From Macrostomum lignano (taxonomy: Eukaryota): 29,590 nt of DNA. This document shows, in pieces, positions 1 through 11,079 of the stretch. The stretch is taken from the NCBI GenBank assembly GCA_002269645.1, contig NIVC01004979.1, positions 1-29,590 on the forward strand, in the 5' to 3' direction. The position numbers and the translations under genes are program-made. The notes under the pieces were generated by a model that saw only the letters and a list, made by a program, of their open reading frames with translations, was not told the origin of the DNA and searched no databases. Position 1 is the stretch's first letter. Each line of letters opens with the position of its first letter.

Positions 1-1245
1 GTTGGAAACGACAATATCAACACATTAACTTCTAATGAGTCCTTGAAGCAAAGCCTTAAAAGACTAAAATTGCCCTCTAGCCGTCGGGCCGCCGCCGATC
101 AAGCCAAAGTTAGAAGCGCCAGCTTGTTCTTTGAGTGGTTGGAGCAGAGAGCGAATTCAGAGCGCGAGCGGAGCATCTGCCGTTCTCTGACTCGACTGGA
201 AGCTCCAGTCTGGCTGGATAACCTTGCTAAAGACGCACCGGGACCACTAGATACGTCTCTCCGAGTCAAGGAGAACCGGAACTCATGGAGACCGTCAGCT
301 ACATCAATCGAGCCATCGTCATTGATAAAGGGCAGCGTTGATGATATTACTTGGAAAACGCGTCCGATACACGGCAGTCTCAGCTTACCAATGCGCCTGT
401 CCAAGCAAACCAATCGAAGCTCAGATCATGGAAAAGCCAGTAGCACTGATGGAAATTTAAGGATCAAGCAGACAAGTGCAGGGACCGATCGACTCGATGG
501 CAGCATCAGCAACCGAGCTCGCTTCTTTACAGAGAGCAGTCTCAGCCGGCAGGTGCGTCAGGCAGCGGCCGCTCAGCCAAGGCCGCCAACACTCTCAGAG
601 CTCGCGGCCAGATTGCACCGGCCGCCACTGTTGCCCGTGACTCTGACGCCTGAAGATTTCCAACCGAAAGCTCGGGCTCAAACTATGCCTGAGGAGATTC
701 AACCAATGAGCAGCTCCGACGCATCAGCAGGTCAAAAGCGGGACTCGGGCGCTTCTATGGCCTCGCTGACATCCTCGTCATCAACGACGTCGACATCCTC
801 AAATTCTCAGTCATCGTCTGCGACGACTAGTAGCGAGACAGGAAATTCGGAAGCAGCAGAGAAGACAGAGGAGTCCACAGTAGTTCAGACGTCAATAGTG
901 CAGGTGTACACTCGAGTCCTGCATCCCACTGTTAATCACGGACCAGTGACGCAACACTCGGATGCCGAGCTGCTGCCGGGGCTTCTAGCGTGCCAGGTAG
1001 ACCCGACGGGACCATCGACCGAGAACGATCTGATGACGGCACCGAAGCTGTTGAAGCTTGCTGAGGCTCAGATCGAGCGTCAACGCAGCAGACTTGCCGA
1101 GTGGCAGAACGATGCCGCCGAAGGTCGACCAACAACCGCACGTCAAGAGGAGCTGCTGGCCGTCAATGACGAAGTGCTACGCTACTTTCGTGTCAACAGC
1201 GGGGGCCTGACCGTGCCGATCGTCGTCCGGAGTCTCCTTCGCTAG
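1..1245 (+). CDS. Low-complexity Ser/Thr-rich N-terminal/central coding region, 5'-partial; probably the same gene as the AJM1-like C-terminus at 1170-2303
   Basis: The frame is open from base 1 to TAG 1243-1245 (the ORF-track start at 43 is only a TTG). GC-rich and coding-like. It overlaps the next frame, which is open from 1170. Confidence 0.6.
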   Translation, partial: VGNDNINTLTSNESLKQSLKRLKLPSSRRAAADQAKVRSASLFFEWLEQRANSERERSICRSLTRLEAPVWLDNLAKDAPGPLDTSLRVKENRNSWRPSATSIEPSSLIKGSVDDITWKTRPIHGSLSLPMRLSKQTNRSSDHGKASSTDGNLRIKQTSAGTDRLDGSISNRARFFTESSLSRQVRQAAAAQPRPPTLSELAARLHRPPLLPVTLTPEDFQPKARAQTMPEEIQPMSSSDASAGQKRDSGASMASLTSSSSTTSTSSNSQSSSATTSSETGNSEAAEKTEESTVVQTSIVQVYTRVLHPTVNHGPVTQHSDAELLPGLLACQVDPTGPSTENDLMTAPKLLKLAEAQIERQRSRLAEWQNDAAEGRPTTARQEELLAVNDEVLRYFRVNSGGLTVPIVVRSLLR

Positions 1246-2303
1246 CCTACGATGACGTCTTGCAGGTGCTGGGTGACTATGAGGCCTCCAGCAAACTTTC
1301 TCGTGTCCTCGTGGCCCTCAGCGGAACTAGAGAGCGGAAGTTGCAGCAGCCTCAGAGAAGTCTGGCCGAGGCCTGCCATGGCGTGATACGAGAAGGTCAG
1401 CACTACTTATTGGAGTGCGCCAACCCGTCTTGCGCTCGTCGCTGTGACCTTGACAGACGTCTTGCTAACGGCTTCCATTCCTGTCGAGAGTGCCGCACAT
1501 TTTACTGCAGCCAAAAATGCCGCTCCGATCATGCTAGAGCACATGGCCGCTCCTGCTGCTGGAATCGAAGAGTGGACGCCTGCAAGAGGGTCATCGCTGG
1601 CTGCCTTCTTGCCGACACTTCACCTGCAGTGGTGCTACTCTCGCGTCTGGCCCGCGCCTCCTCTCGGAGCTTCGGTTGGCGCGGATGTCTCCTGTTGGCA
1701 CTTCGCGATTCAGCCGCGGCTGCCCGATTCGTAACAACCGATGGCAAAGAAGGGCTGATGCGCCCTCCGGCGCTGCTCGACCTGTCAACTCTCTCCGGCG
1801 ACCTGGCCGACGCGAGCAAATCCTGCAATCCGGACGCCGCCTTTGTTGTCTGCGTTGTCGTTGGCACCGGCGTCAAGTGGGCGAAACTCCGTCTGTCGGC
1901 GAGGACAAAACCAGACGCGGATACAACCGAGGAGGACGCAGACGCGGACCGCCGGCGCCGCTGGGCCTACCTGTCGCGGGTGGAGCGATTGCTGCGCGAG
2001 CGCGGCGTCAGCCTTCGCCGCCAGTTTCCGCAGCTACGAGAGCGGCTCGTCGCCTACGCGGAGACCGGGGCGCCGTTCCTGCCAGCCGTGGTCTACCCCA
2101 CCGACAGGGCCACCGGGCGGGCGTTTGCGTGCCGCCTGGCGCCCGACCGCGAGCCGGAACTCGAATGGGTGCCTCTCGCCGTCGCCGTTGCGCCTGAGGA
2201 ACCAGCAAGTTCAGTCGGCGAAGTCGTGGGCGATGCGCCACGAGCAAAGCAGCGGCAGCCGCCGTTTTATCGTCGCCGGCGGGTTGTGTCCACCGACCTG
2301 TAG
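1170..2303 (+). CDS. AJM1: AJM1/C9orf172-like C-terminal region with MYND-type zinc finger
   Basis: CANPSC...CRECRTFYCSQKCRSDHARAHGRSC is a MYND-like pattern. LSRLARASSRSFGWRGCLLL and LLRERGVSLRRQFPQL...VVYPTDRATGRAFAC...LEWV match the AJM1 C-terminus as I recall it (LRLRGVFLRHEFP...IYPTDRRTGRPFMC...LDWV). The frame is open from 1170 (after TGA 1167-1169) to TAG 2301-2303. Confidence 0.78.
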   Translation, partial: RSATLLSCQQRGPDRADRRPESPSLAYDDVLQVLGDYEASSKLSRVLVALSGTRERKLQQPQRSLAEACHGVIREGQHYLLECANPSCARRCDLDRRLANGFHSCRECRTFYCSQKCRSDHARAHGRSCCWNRRVDACKRVIAGCLLADTSPAVVLLSRLARASSRSFGWRGCLLLALRDSAAAARFVTTDGKEGLMRPPALLDLSTLSGDLADASKSCNPDAAFVVCVVVGTGVKWAKLRLSARTKPDADTTEEDADADRRRRWAYLSRVERLLRERGVSLRRQFPQLRERLVAYAETGAPFLPAVVYPTDRATGRAFACRLAPDREPELEWVPLAVAVAPEEPASSVGEVVGDAPRAKQRQPPFYRRRRVVSTDL

Positions 2304-2347
2304 CTTACAGTTTCCTATGCAGATCATAGTTAATTATGCTTTTGTAG

Positions 2348-2353
2348 AATAAA
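2348..2353 (+). promoter_or_regulatory. Probable polyadenylation signal of the AJM1-like gene
   Basis: AATAAA about 45 nt after the stop codon, at the shift to AT-rich DNA. Confidence 0.5.
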
Positions 2354-4225
2354 AACTCTTATTTTGCTACTATTACTAGTAGACTGGCTAGTGAAAACCG
2401 AAAATGTTTTTAGCATATATCTTGATTCTGATAAAGCAAGAAAATAATTTGAGAGTTTGATGATGAGGATAAGGGGGGATGGTGACAATACCAGTCATAA
2501 AGGTCTTAGCATACTTTGTAAACAAGAGCTCTTAGAATCTCAGAAGCATATGCTTCATTTAAGCAAGGTAGTCATAAAAATCCGTAAATATTTATATTTT
2601 TGATAGCTGCGTCAAGTTACAAAAGTTTGCTATTTTTTTCTATCGCCGGATTTAGTCTTCTGCCATTTTTCATCGATCACTGCATCCGAAAGCATGAACT
2701 GTTGTAAGATTTTTATTGTTTTCATTTCATCATCTTATCTATATAATTTTCGAGATTCTTTTGCTATGAATAAAGTCGTTTTACCCCGCTGTGCGAAGAT
2801 TAAGTTATCTAAATAACAACATCAGTAATAGCAGGTGGCTAAATCACCATTTAGATTTTCAGCTGTTACGCAACAAGAGTGTTGGCTTCATTGAAAACCG
2901 TGATATGAAGATAAATAAACTGCGTTTTAAAGGCTGGCCAATTATTCAATACAGTATATAAAAAGGTCTTTTGATTTGAAAAGCGAGTTTCCGCTCCGTA
3001 AAAATGATATCTGGTGATTAAAACAAAATGATATGACATTTTACCGATTAACGAGCATTGAAAACAGCCACCAGCTGGACGAGACTTTTCACAGGTTTAG
3101 AACACCCATGAGGCTCACTGTGGGGCTCACGGATATCCAGCTGGTGGCTCGCATTCTGACATATGCTACTGAAGTTCTGATAAAGACTACGCATCTTATA
3201 ATCCTAGTGAAACTCTCGCGGCCAGAGACTTCTTGATGGCACTACTATAGATAACCGCAGTATTTGTCTATCTCAAGCTCGCTGTGACTAAAAGCCTTAG
3301 CCGCTGGTAGCTGATATATTTTTGTAATTTATAAATGAGTCAGTCTGAGTTGTACAGAGCTTTTCCTGTCGAGAATTATACCCACCAGCTTGAAGTCCTG
3401 ACGGCAATCCCTGAAGTTTATTCTGACCAAGCGAGTGCGCGCTAGCGCACGAGTGCACGATGTCCTTCACGCACGAGTGAACGTGAAGGAATTCCATTGT
3501 CGGATGATTCATCGTGCAGGAATGCACAAAACCGTGCAGGAATGCATTTCTGCGCCTAATGCTTTTTCAGTGAGATTTTACCATAGACATCCATTCCTGC
3601 ACGCAAAAGAGTGCAAGAATGCCATTCTTGCATGGAAAATCAGCCGACAATGGCTTTGCATAGCAGTGTCAGAGTGGCAGCGATAGTCTATGGCCAGCCC
3701 TGCTGACAAAGACAGCAGAAGCGGATTTTTTCATGCTTCGGCGTGAAGGAGATCTATTAGCACCATCTAGTCAGTGAAAAAAATATAAACCAGTTTAGAC
3801 TGGGCATACATTGTGTTTTGACACACTTTTTCAAACGGGCACCTTAAAATTTCAACAGTTGTGTCGGCTTTGCATCTCGATTATACTTGGCATCTTCGTA
3901 GGCTCTGTCACGAGACTGTCCTGACACCGAGTACGAATCGTCGGGGCTTTCAATGATTTCTGCGATGACTTCTCCCAGGCTTGAGTTTAGTAATCTTCTG
4001 AATGCCCTCAGCAGTGGATGACGCTGCTGTTCCCAGCTTGCTGTCTGGTTTCTTCGCTAAAAAAAGCATCCGTAGCTCGTATCAACTTTGCTGCTCGACT
4101 TCTCAAACAGGAACAGACGCAACCCATTGCGTTTAACTCGCTTAAATCGCCTTTGCAATGTTGGATCTGCACTCGGCTCGATCCAGGTGCAAACAAGTCT
4201 TTTCAATACGAGTGCAAGGGGTCTA

Positions 4226-4646
4226 CGATGTTTGCCTGCCGGACGTTTACCAGCCGACGTTTGCCTGCGGGACGTTTGCCAGCCGACGTTTGCCAGCCGA
4301 CGTTTGCCAGCCGACGTTGGCCAGCGGGACGTTTGCCAGCCGACGTTTGCCAGCCGACGTTGGCCAGCGGGACGTTTGCCAGCCGACGTTTGCCTGCGGG
4401 ACGTTTGCCAGCCGACGTTTGCCAGCGGGACGTTTGCCAGCCGACGTTTGCCTGCGGGACGTTTGCCTGTCGACGTTTGCCTGCGGGACGTTTGCCTGCG
4501 GGAAGTTTGCCAGCCGACGTTTGCCAGCGGGACGTTTGCCAGCCGACGTTTGCCAGCGGGACGTTTGCCAGCCGACGTTTGCCAGCGGGACGTTTGCCAG
4601 CCGACGTTTGCCAGCCGACATTTGCCTGCGGGACGTTTGCCAGCCG
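4226..4646 (+). repeat. Left arm minisatellite, mixed 14/15-bp units (GCCAGCCGACGTTT / GCCTGCGGGACGTTT), about 30 units
   Basis: Read directly from the sequence; near-invariant core GACGTTTGCC. Confidence 0.95.
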
Positions 4647-4897
4647 GACAGTCGCAGGCGGCAATTGGTTAAAGAAGTATGCCCTCTCTAGGCTTACAAC
4701 TTGCATTTGAAAACTGTGGACATAGCACTAATAATTCCACTTTGCTGCCTACTAACTGCTATTAAATATACAGGTTACTACGCTCGTAACAAACTACTTA
4801 GAACTTAGAACGCTCTTCGTCTTATTGATATTTTAGGTAGGTTTTAGTAACATGCATGTATGTACCAAAGCAACTGATGTAACCAAAACTAGCAGAA

Positions 4898-4937
4898 CTA
4901 GCAGAACCAAAGCGTCACTGACAATAAAGTCAGTGAC
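4898..4937 (-). mobile_element. Helitron-like 3' terminus (hairpin plus CTAG|T)
   Basis: Perfect 9-bp stem GTCACTGAC-AATAAA-GTCAGTGAC at 4914-4937. On the minus strand it is followed 12 nt later by CTAG (4901-4898) and then T. The 5' end was not identified. Confidence 0.4.
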
Positions 4938-5052
4938 ATTGTTCTACAATCTACATATATGTAGGCTTAGCCATGACATGCAAAAAAGTTAAAATTGACA
5001 TAATTCATGATTCATTAGGCTTAGGCCTACACCAGGGTTAAAAATTTAGACC

Positions 5053-5207
5053 TATACAGCTGTTTTTCTAGAAGATGCGAACCGATTCTGGTTCTGGAAT
5101 TGGTAATGTGAAGAGGCTTCAGGCCGGATCATAGAGGCTTTTCATAGGCCTATTACCAATTCCAGAATTAGAATTGGTTCGGATCTTCCAAGAAAAACAG
5201 TAGTATA
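5053..5207. mobile_element. Small MITE-like inverted repeat (~55-bp imperfect arms, TA-bounded) nested in the foldback spacer
   Basis: TATACAGCTGTTTTTCTAGAAGATGCGAACCGATTCTGGTTCTGGAATTGGTAAT (5053-5107) pairs with ATTACCAATTCCAGAATTAGAATTGGTTCGGATCTTCCAAGAAAAACAGTAGTATA (5152-5207). Confidence 0.7.
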
Positions 5208-5619
5208 ACTAGGGCCTATTTAATTCTGTTGAATGTTTGACTGCCTTAACAACCTCACTTAGCACTATTTTTCACTTTCTTCTTGGCGATTGTCATTCAA
5301 TAATAAAAACTTTATAGCATGTATCTCCCTCTAGTTATGGAGACAAAAAGTTATACTTCACAAATTGGTTCTGGTTCTGGGAACAGAACCAGACACCGAA
5401 CACAAACACAAACACCGAATTCAAATTTTCAAATTATTACGCACTACTCAAAACTCCTAATGTTGGTGTTTTATTTTTATTCGCAATCAATAAAATATTA
5501 TTTCGCCACTCAGCTGAAAATGGTGGGGCATACACGAAACTTTTTACGAGTATATATTTAGTTTTTATAATGTTACAACTGCTAAATATAGCATAAATAT
5601 ATATAGCTAAATATATAGC

Positions 5620-6116
5620 AGTTGGCTGGCAAATGTCGGCTGGCAAACGTCCTGCAGGCAAACGTCCTGCAGGCAAACGTCCTGCAGGCAAACGTCCCGC
5701 AGGCAAACGTCGGCTGGCAAACGTCGGCTGGCAAACGTCGGCTGGCAAACGTCCTGCAGGCAAACGTCCTGCAGGCAAACGTCCCGCAGGCAAACGTCGG
5801 CTGGCAAACGTCGGCTGGCAAACGTCCTGCAGGCAAACGTCCTGCAGGCAAACGTCCTGCAGGCAAACGTCCCGCAGGCAAACTTCGGCTGGTAAACGTC
5901 GGCTGGCAAACATCGGCTGGCAAACGTCGGCTGGCAAATGTCGGCTGGCTAACGTCGGCTGGCAAACGTCCCGCAGGCAAACGTCCCGCAGGCAAACGTC
6001 GGCTGGCAAACGTCCCGCAGGCAAACGTCGGCTGGCAAACGTCGGCTGGCAAACGTCGACTGGCAAACTTCCCGCAGGCAAACGTCGGCTGGCAAACGTC
6101 CCGCAGGCAAACGTCG
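5620..6116 (-). repeat. Right arm minisatellite, inverted relative to the left arm, 30+ units, includes a GCCTGCAGGACGTTT variant
   Basis: Read directly: GGCAAACGTC(G/C) units. Confidence 0.95.
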
Positions 6117-7270
6117 CTATCCCGTGCAAGGACAACTTAAGTAGTAGGACGCAACACTCGCGTATCGTGTAATTTTTATTGGAGGCATGGTCTTCACAAA
6201 TATGTAATTCGCGACTAGTTGCACGTAGAAAGCTAATTCTTTCGGTGTTAGGTCCAGAATTTTGTTCTTCGTTAAAATGTAAGTAAGCAACCTACAGCTA
6301 TAATAAGTATAAAATTTTTGCTTTGTTGTCTTGGTCTCTTGGTCTCTTGTTGACAATTGTAATATAAAGAAACCATGTTTGTCAGCAAAAAAGAAAACAA
6401 GAAAACCAGTATTTCACAAATCCAAACAAAAAAATGCATAATGTCATTGGCCATTAAAGGAACGTGATATAATTATTTTAATTAGTAGGTGAAGTCAGCT
6501 TATCAAGTTTAGTAAGAAATGAAAACCTGAATGGTTTATAACAACACACACAGTCCTGTGCTCTATTTGTAGCGGTCGAATCCTAGGCTTATGTACGTAG
6601 AACTTTATACGGCTTACGGGCCTCCAAAAAAATTTCCACGAAAGCTGAGTGTCGCGTCCTATATATAACGTAACTTCAGTTGTCCTTGTACTAGTGATGC
6701 AGCTCCATGGCAGGCTCTTCAAATACAATAAGTCTGACAGTCCTACAAATCAGAATAGGAAATGTACACACTTTGTGTGACATCAGCGACGAGCTAATTG
6801 ACTTTTTACTTAGGAAAACAAGTCATGGTGGTCGTGCATTGCGCAATTGCGTACACGTCCATTTTCACATGGATTTTTTGACATGACATTGAAGAACGTT
6901 CCGAGACTTATTAGTCTCTTCAAATTAGTTAATAAACATCTTTTAATCCTTTGTCGAGTAGTAAAAGAAAAAAAAGTCCATTGATTGTAAATACTCGTTC
7001 ACACAGCATCCAATTATTTTTAAGCCATCAGCCATCAAATTACACGACTGATATGTAATTAACGACGAAATATAAGCTGCATTATGACACGGAATTTGGA
7101 CTTCTTTGATTGAGGTGTGACGAGGTTCACAAAGTATCACAACGTTTTTTAGATGCACATAACGGTATAGAATTTCAAGGGGACCTTTAAATCGATACGT
7201 AAACCTTTTATTTGCAAAAAAAACCTGTCAAATATTTTTACGGCAGATCTATCCGCATGCTTTTAACCAT

Positions 7271-9067
7271 TTAAAACTTCTTGAAAACCGGATGAGTAAC
7301 CTCGACGACCACTCGACGTCTACAGCTGCCGTGAGACCTCACCTCGAGCCAGTGCTTGCACCGAAACACGAACCCGAAGTACCGAAACGTCTTCAATGCT
7401 GTCAGAAGTCGCAGCAGGTCGAAGGCCACATCGAAGTCGCTGATGCACCGCTGGAACGTCTCTGTGACGAACGCGATGAGAAAGTTCAGCAGGTTGAGGC
7501 CCACAAACACGAAGAACAGCACGTGGATGATGAGAACCATCACGCTGTCCAAGCTGAAGGTGATCATGTTGAGGATGACCTTGACCGACGAGTAGAGCGA
7601 CAACAGGCCGGTCTCGAAGTCGGGCGAGTCGACCAAGATGAAGAAGTCCAGGCTGAAGAGAATGATCCAGTAGAACAGCAGCGGCAGCGCGGCCAGGAAG
7701 CTGGACAGCATGCAGTGGAAGGTGAAGAAGAGCTTCCCGACCGACTTCGTCACGATCTCCATGTACTGCGCAAAGTGCAGCAGCGTGAACGCGATGAAGA
7801 GAGTGTTGGACCCAATTAAAAGCTGTTCCATTACACCTCTTGGCTCAAAGTATTCATAAAAATTTTTTAGTTGCAGTGCTGAAGCGAATATAAAAAAGCT
7901 GATGCCGCTTACGAAAGCCACCGCCTGATAGAAATCAAAAGTCGAGCGGCGCACAAAGCGCCCAGTTGAGCTGTCGATGGGCGCCACAGTCCTTATCTTT
8001 CGCTGGCACTCAACAAAATAGAGCACCAACTTGATGAGCATAATGACCATATGAAACACGGAGACAAATGTTATCATTAAATAGCTCAAAAGCATCGAGT
8101 CAAATAATTCACCGCAACTATAATTCTTTACCGACTGGCTGTTAAAAATCTCATGGTACAGCGTCGTGTTGGAAAGAGACGATGTGTTGTAGCCTGCCCG
8201 AAAAGCGGCGGCAAAGGTTGCTCGGTTGCAGTGAATGAGGTTGCCAAAACAGGCCACCGTCAGCATGATTGATTCGTTCACAGCTGTGAGAAGAAATACC
8301 GATGTTGGAACGCTCATCACCAGCAGCCTCAGAAATGTGATCGCTCGAGTCTGACGGTACGTCAACCGAAGCCACTGTCGGATGAGAGGGTCCTCCATCA
8401 GCTTGGACTTCTTGAGTGACTCGACCTGACTCGACGCTACATAGGTGAGCAGGTGCAGAGGACTCGAGTTGCACCGGCTCCCGTGACACAGGTCGTAGTC
8501 GGTGAGGTCGTAGAGACGGACGGCCCAGCCGCCGGATCGAGTCTCCGATTTCAACAGGTAGTTCGGCAGGTGCAACATCTTGCGGGCCAGTCGGAATGCA
8601 GCGAACTTCACGCACGCCTCCAGAGGTCGGAGACCGCTCGAGTCCTCCTGAGTGACCAGCCTGTCTAGCAGACGAGGCTCTCTACTCAGCGTCGAGAGGA
8701 GCGCCGTCTCCAGACGCTTGGCTCGCTTGAACCTCGGCGCGTACATCTGGCAGCGAGCCAGACTGTGTACAACGGTGCTGCCGTCGAGCTCGAGCTGAGC
8801 CGCGTGCTCGGAGCTGTCTTCCAACAGAGCCTCGAACACTCGCACGGACTGCAGCAGAATCGCCAGGTGGATCGCGTATCCGAACTGCAGACTGACGAAG
8901 CCCCACTTTCGGCGACTTCTCGGCAAGCGACACCGGATCTCGTGGCTTTCGGTCACGTCGACCAGAGGCTGGGCGAGCCTTCCCGACAGGTCCGGCTTCA
9001 AAGCTCGCATGAAGGCGTCAGGGTCGTCATCGACCAGAGCAGCCAGCGCCGCCTCTGCTGATTCCAT
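7271..9067 (-). CDS. Divergent TRPV-like ankyrin/6TM cation channel, copy 1 (ORF extends upstream to 9193; shared start MESAE at 9067)
   Basis: Ankyrin-like segments (GYAIHLAILLQ, DGSTVVHSLA, EDSSGLRPLEAC). TRPV-type linker W...LYDLTDYD. Six hydrophobic segments. Pore helix FETGLLSLYSSVKVILNM. S6 motif LNLLNFLIAFVTETF resembles TRPV LLNxLIAMMGxT. Uninterrupted 640-aa ORF. Confidence 0.75.
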   Translation of the reverse strand: MESAEAALAALVDDDPDAFMRALKPDLSGRLAQPLVDVTESHEIRCRLPRSRRKWGFVSLQFGYAIHLAILLQSVRVFEALLEDSSEHAAQLELDGSTVVHSLARCQMYAPRFKRAKRLETALLSTLSREPRLLDRLVTQEDSSGLRPLEACVKFAAFRLARKMLHLPNYLLKSETRSGGWAVRLYDLTDYDLCHGSRCNSSPLHLLTYVASSQVESLKKSKLMEDPLIRQWLRLTYRQTRAITFLRLLVMSVPTSVFLLTAVNESIMLTVACFGNLIHCNRATFAAAFRAGYNTSSLSNTTLYHEIFNSQSVKNYSCGELFDSMLLSYLMITFVSVFHMVIMLIKLVLYFVECQRKIRTVAPIDSSTGRFVRRSTFDFYQAVAFVSGISFFIFASALQLKNFYEYFEPRGVMEQLLIGSNTLFIAFTLLHFAQYMEIVTKSVGKLFFTFHCMLSSFLAALPLLFYWIILFSLDFFILVDSPDFETGLLSLYSSVKVILNMITFSLDSVMVLIIHVLFFVFVGLNLLNFLIAFVTETFQRCISDFDVAFDLLRLLTALKTFRYFGFVFRCKHWLEVRSHGSCRRRVVVEVTHPVFKKF

Positions 9068-11079
9068 GTTGAACAACTCTTTCAAGTTTGTATCGTTCTG
9101 ACTCGGCAGCACCCGATTACCTGCAAGAAGTGAAATTCTGTTGCTGGAGCGAACTCTGATAAAGTCGTTAGTAGCCGGGATCCCTTCGCCCATTACTTTG
9201 TGCAGCTGAACAGTTTGCCGCAGAATCAGTCCGATCTCTGTTAGTTTTCTGGTGCGCTGCTTTTATGAGCTTTGCAAAGTATAGCTGCCAGCAAATCAAT
9301 ATACAGGGAATCGCTGGTCACAAGTGTACATTTTTCTCCAAAACATTTGACCAGCCTGAACAAACAAAGGCCACTGAACTAGAGTCAGTTCTGGCGATAC
9401 AGTCAGGCAAGTATGGTCTTAGTTGTCCTTGGTATGGTCTCGAGGGCGCAGAGCAAACAACATTATCAAATGAATTGATTTGACGAAGAAAGTAGCCCAA
9501 TAGTGCTATGTAACTCATTTCTGCATAGCCTGAGTCTCTATTGCAGTGGAACTTTTTGGGAGCCAGTCTGAAAAGCAACGGCTCTCCAGCAAAAATTTGC
9601 ACGTATATGATATTAAAAACTATGGTTGAATTTTTTAGCCGTTGAATTGAGTAACGATCCGGTTCCAGAAAGGCATCTCCGTATTTGAGCTTTTTAGCAT
9701 GCAAATTTAAGTTTAAATCTCGATAATCAAGATTCAATCAAGGGAACTGGCAATAGCTCAAGTCTAGCAACAAATTTCTTGACTGTTTTAAAAACCGACG
9801 AAAACTTGTCTACGAGCTCCAATCTCCAAGCCGTGTTTGCAGCCATGGACATCTGTGCTGTGGTCTGCTCTTCCTTTTACTCCAGTCTTGAGGTCACTAT
9901 TGGTGGTCCTGTTTTCCTCTGTCATTTGAGCAAGTCACATGAAAAGCCGTGTTTTCCTGGAGTCCAAAAGTCCTGGAGTCCTGGAGTAAACATGTTTACT
10001 ACACTCGCTGGCCTGTGTTTACGGGGACCACGACCCCGGCCTTCTCAAAGGCGGGAGGTGACGTCAGTTCTAAAAATAGATACTGAGTCACGCTATCTGG
10101 CGCACAATGGTGCAATGGGGATTCCCAGCATATATGTACGGGCCCCCCTCACCCTTGTTTCCGTCAAGGATTTCACTTTCAGTTTCAGTTCTTCTGCTAC
10201 CATGTTTCCGTCTGTAATACGCCTGACTAAACATAGACGCCCAAGTCTAAAGGAGGCCTACATCGCCTTCCCAACCACCCACTGGGCCCAGCTGGATCTG
10301 CTGACCAGACGCCTTGTTCGTTAATCTTCAAATCTGCACGCGGTGCTGAGTTCGTTTACTTGTTTATTTTGTTCCGACGGGAAGCCCACCTCATCGAAAG
10401 CCGAGACCTGAAGGAACTGGTGGCAGCACTAGCTACGCTACGATTGAAGACTCCCGATCAAAAGGACGAAAAGTCAATTTAACTGTGCTGGCGCTGTCCG
10501 AGTAGGTAGCACAGGTACAACATTGGTGGCAGCGATGGGATTCTGAAGACCTACCAAACCACCCCGAGACAACCATCAATACAACACTTTCGATTGAGTG
10601 ATAAAGCATATTGTATTTCTGTCTCCAGATCCTAGTAACTTTCGACGAAGCCGATGTGTGTTAGTGGTAAATTCTACTTTAAATTTGAAAACGAACTCAT
10701 TCAATAGCTCGAGACTAATACGAGTTTAAAACTGAATATCGGACCCGTTCAACTGGAGCGCCTGAGAGGACAGCTGCTAAACTCAAGTCTAAATAGGAAG
10801 ACAACGCCCAGGGGTTGCCCAGGAATTCAGGGGAGCACTGCATTCAGAGCCGTTTGGGAAGTCAGCTGGGCTACTGACAGACGGGCTGAAGGCCAGGGAG
10901 CGGTTCTCATAGACCATGACTCTTATTCTCTTACACTGTTTCAAAGTGGAAAGGCAAATATAGTGGACGCAGATAAAACACTTCTGGCTGACTTCGGTAT
11001 GCGAGAAATTTTAAAGCAAATCGAAACGCAGCAGAAGGCACCAAAAAGTGCAAACATGATTCGGGAACGGAAACAAAGC

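Larger units (their letters stand above)
4219..6123. mobile_element. Non-autonomous foldback-type DNA transposon with minisatellite TIRs
   Basis: Left end GGGTCTACGATGTTTGCC versus reverse complement of right end GGGATAGCGACGTTTGCC. Direct flanking duplication GTGCAAG at 4212-4218 and 6124-6130 (GTGCAAGG, 8 bp, if the left end is placed at 4220). The two arms are the same repeat in opposite orientation. No transposase ORF inside. Confidence 0.8.

Noticed and set aside
3440-3620. Short hairpin (TCCTTCACG...CGTGAAGGA) and GCAGGAATGCA repeats as a mobile element
   Set aside because: No definable termini or TSD; too short to call.
4018-6172. Repetitive ORFs (FASRRLPA, RPAGK, LQDVC) in many frames
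   Set aside because: They are artefacts of stop-free minisatellite arms, open on both strands.
7292-7819. Charged plus-strand ORF (and its twin at 14589-15257)
   Set aside because: Antisense shadow of the GC3-rich transmembrane coding region of the TRPV-like genes.
9265-10324. ORFs between TRPV copies 1 and 2 as a gene or retroelement
   Set aside because: No recognisable motif, splice pattern or RT/integrase signature.
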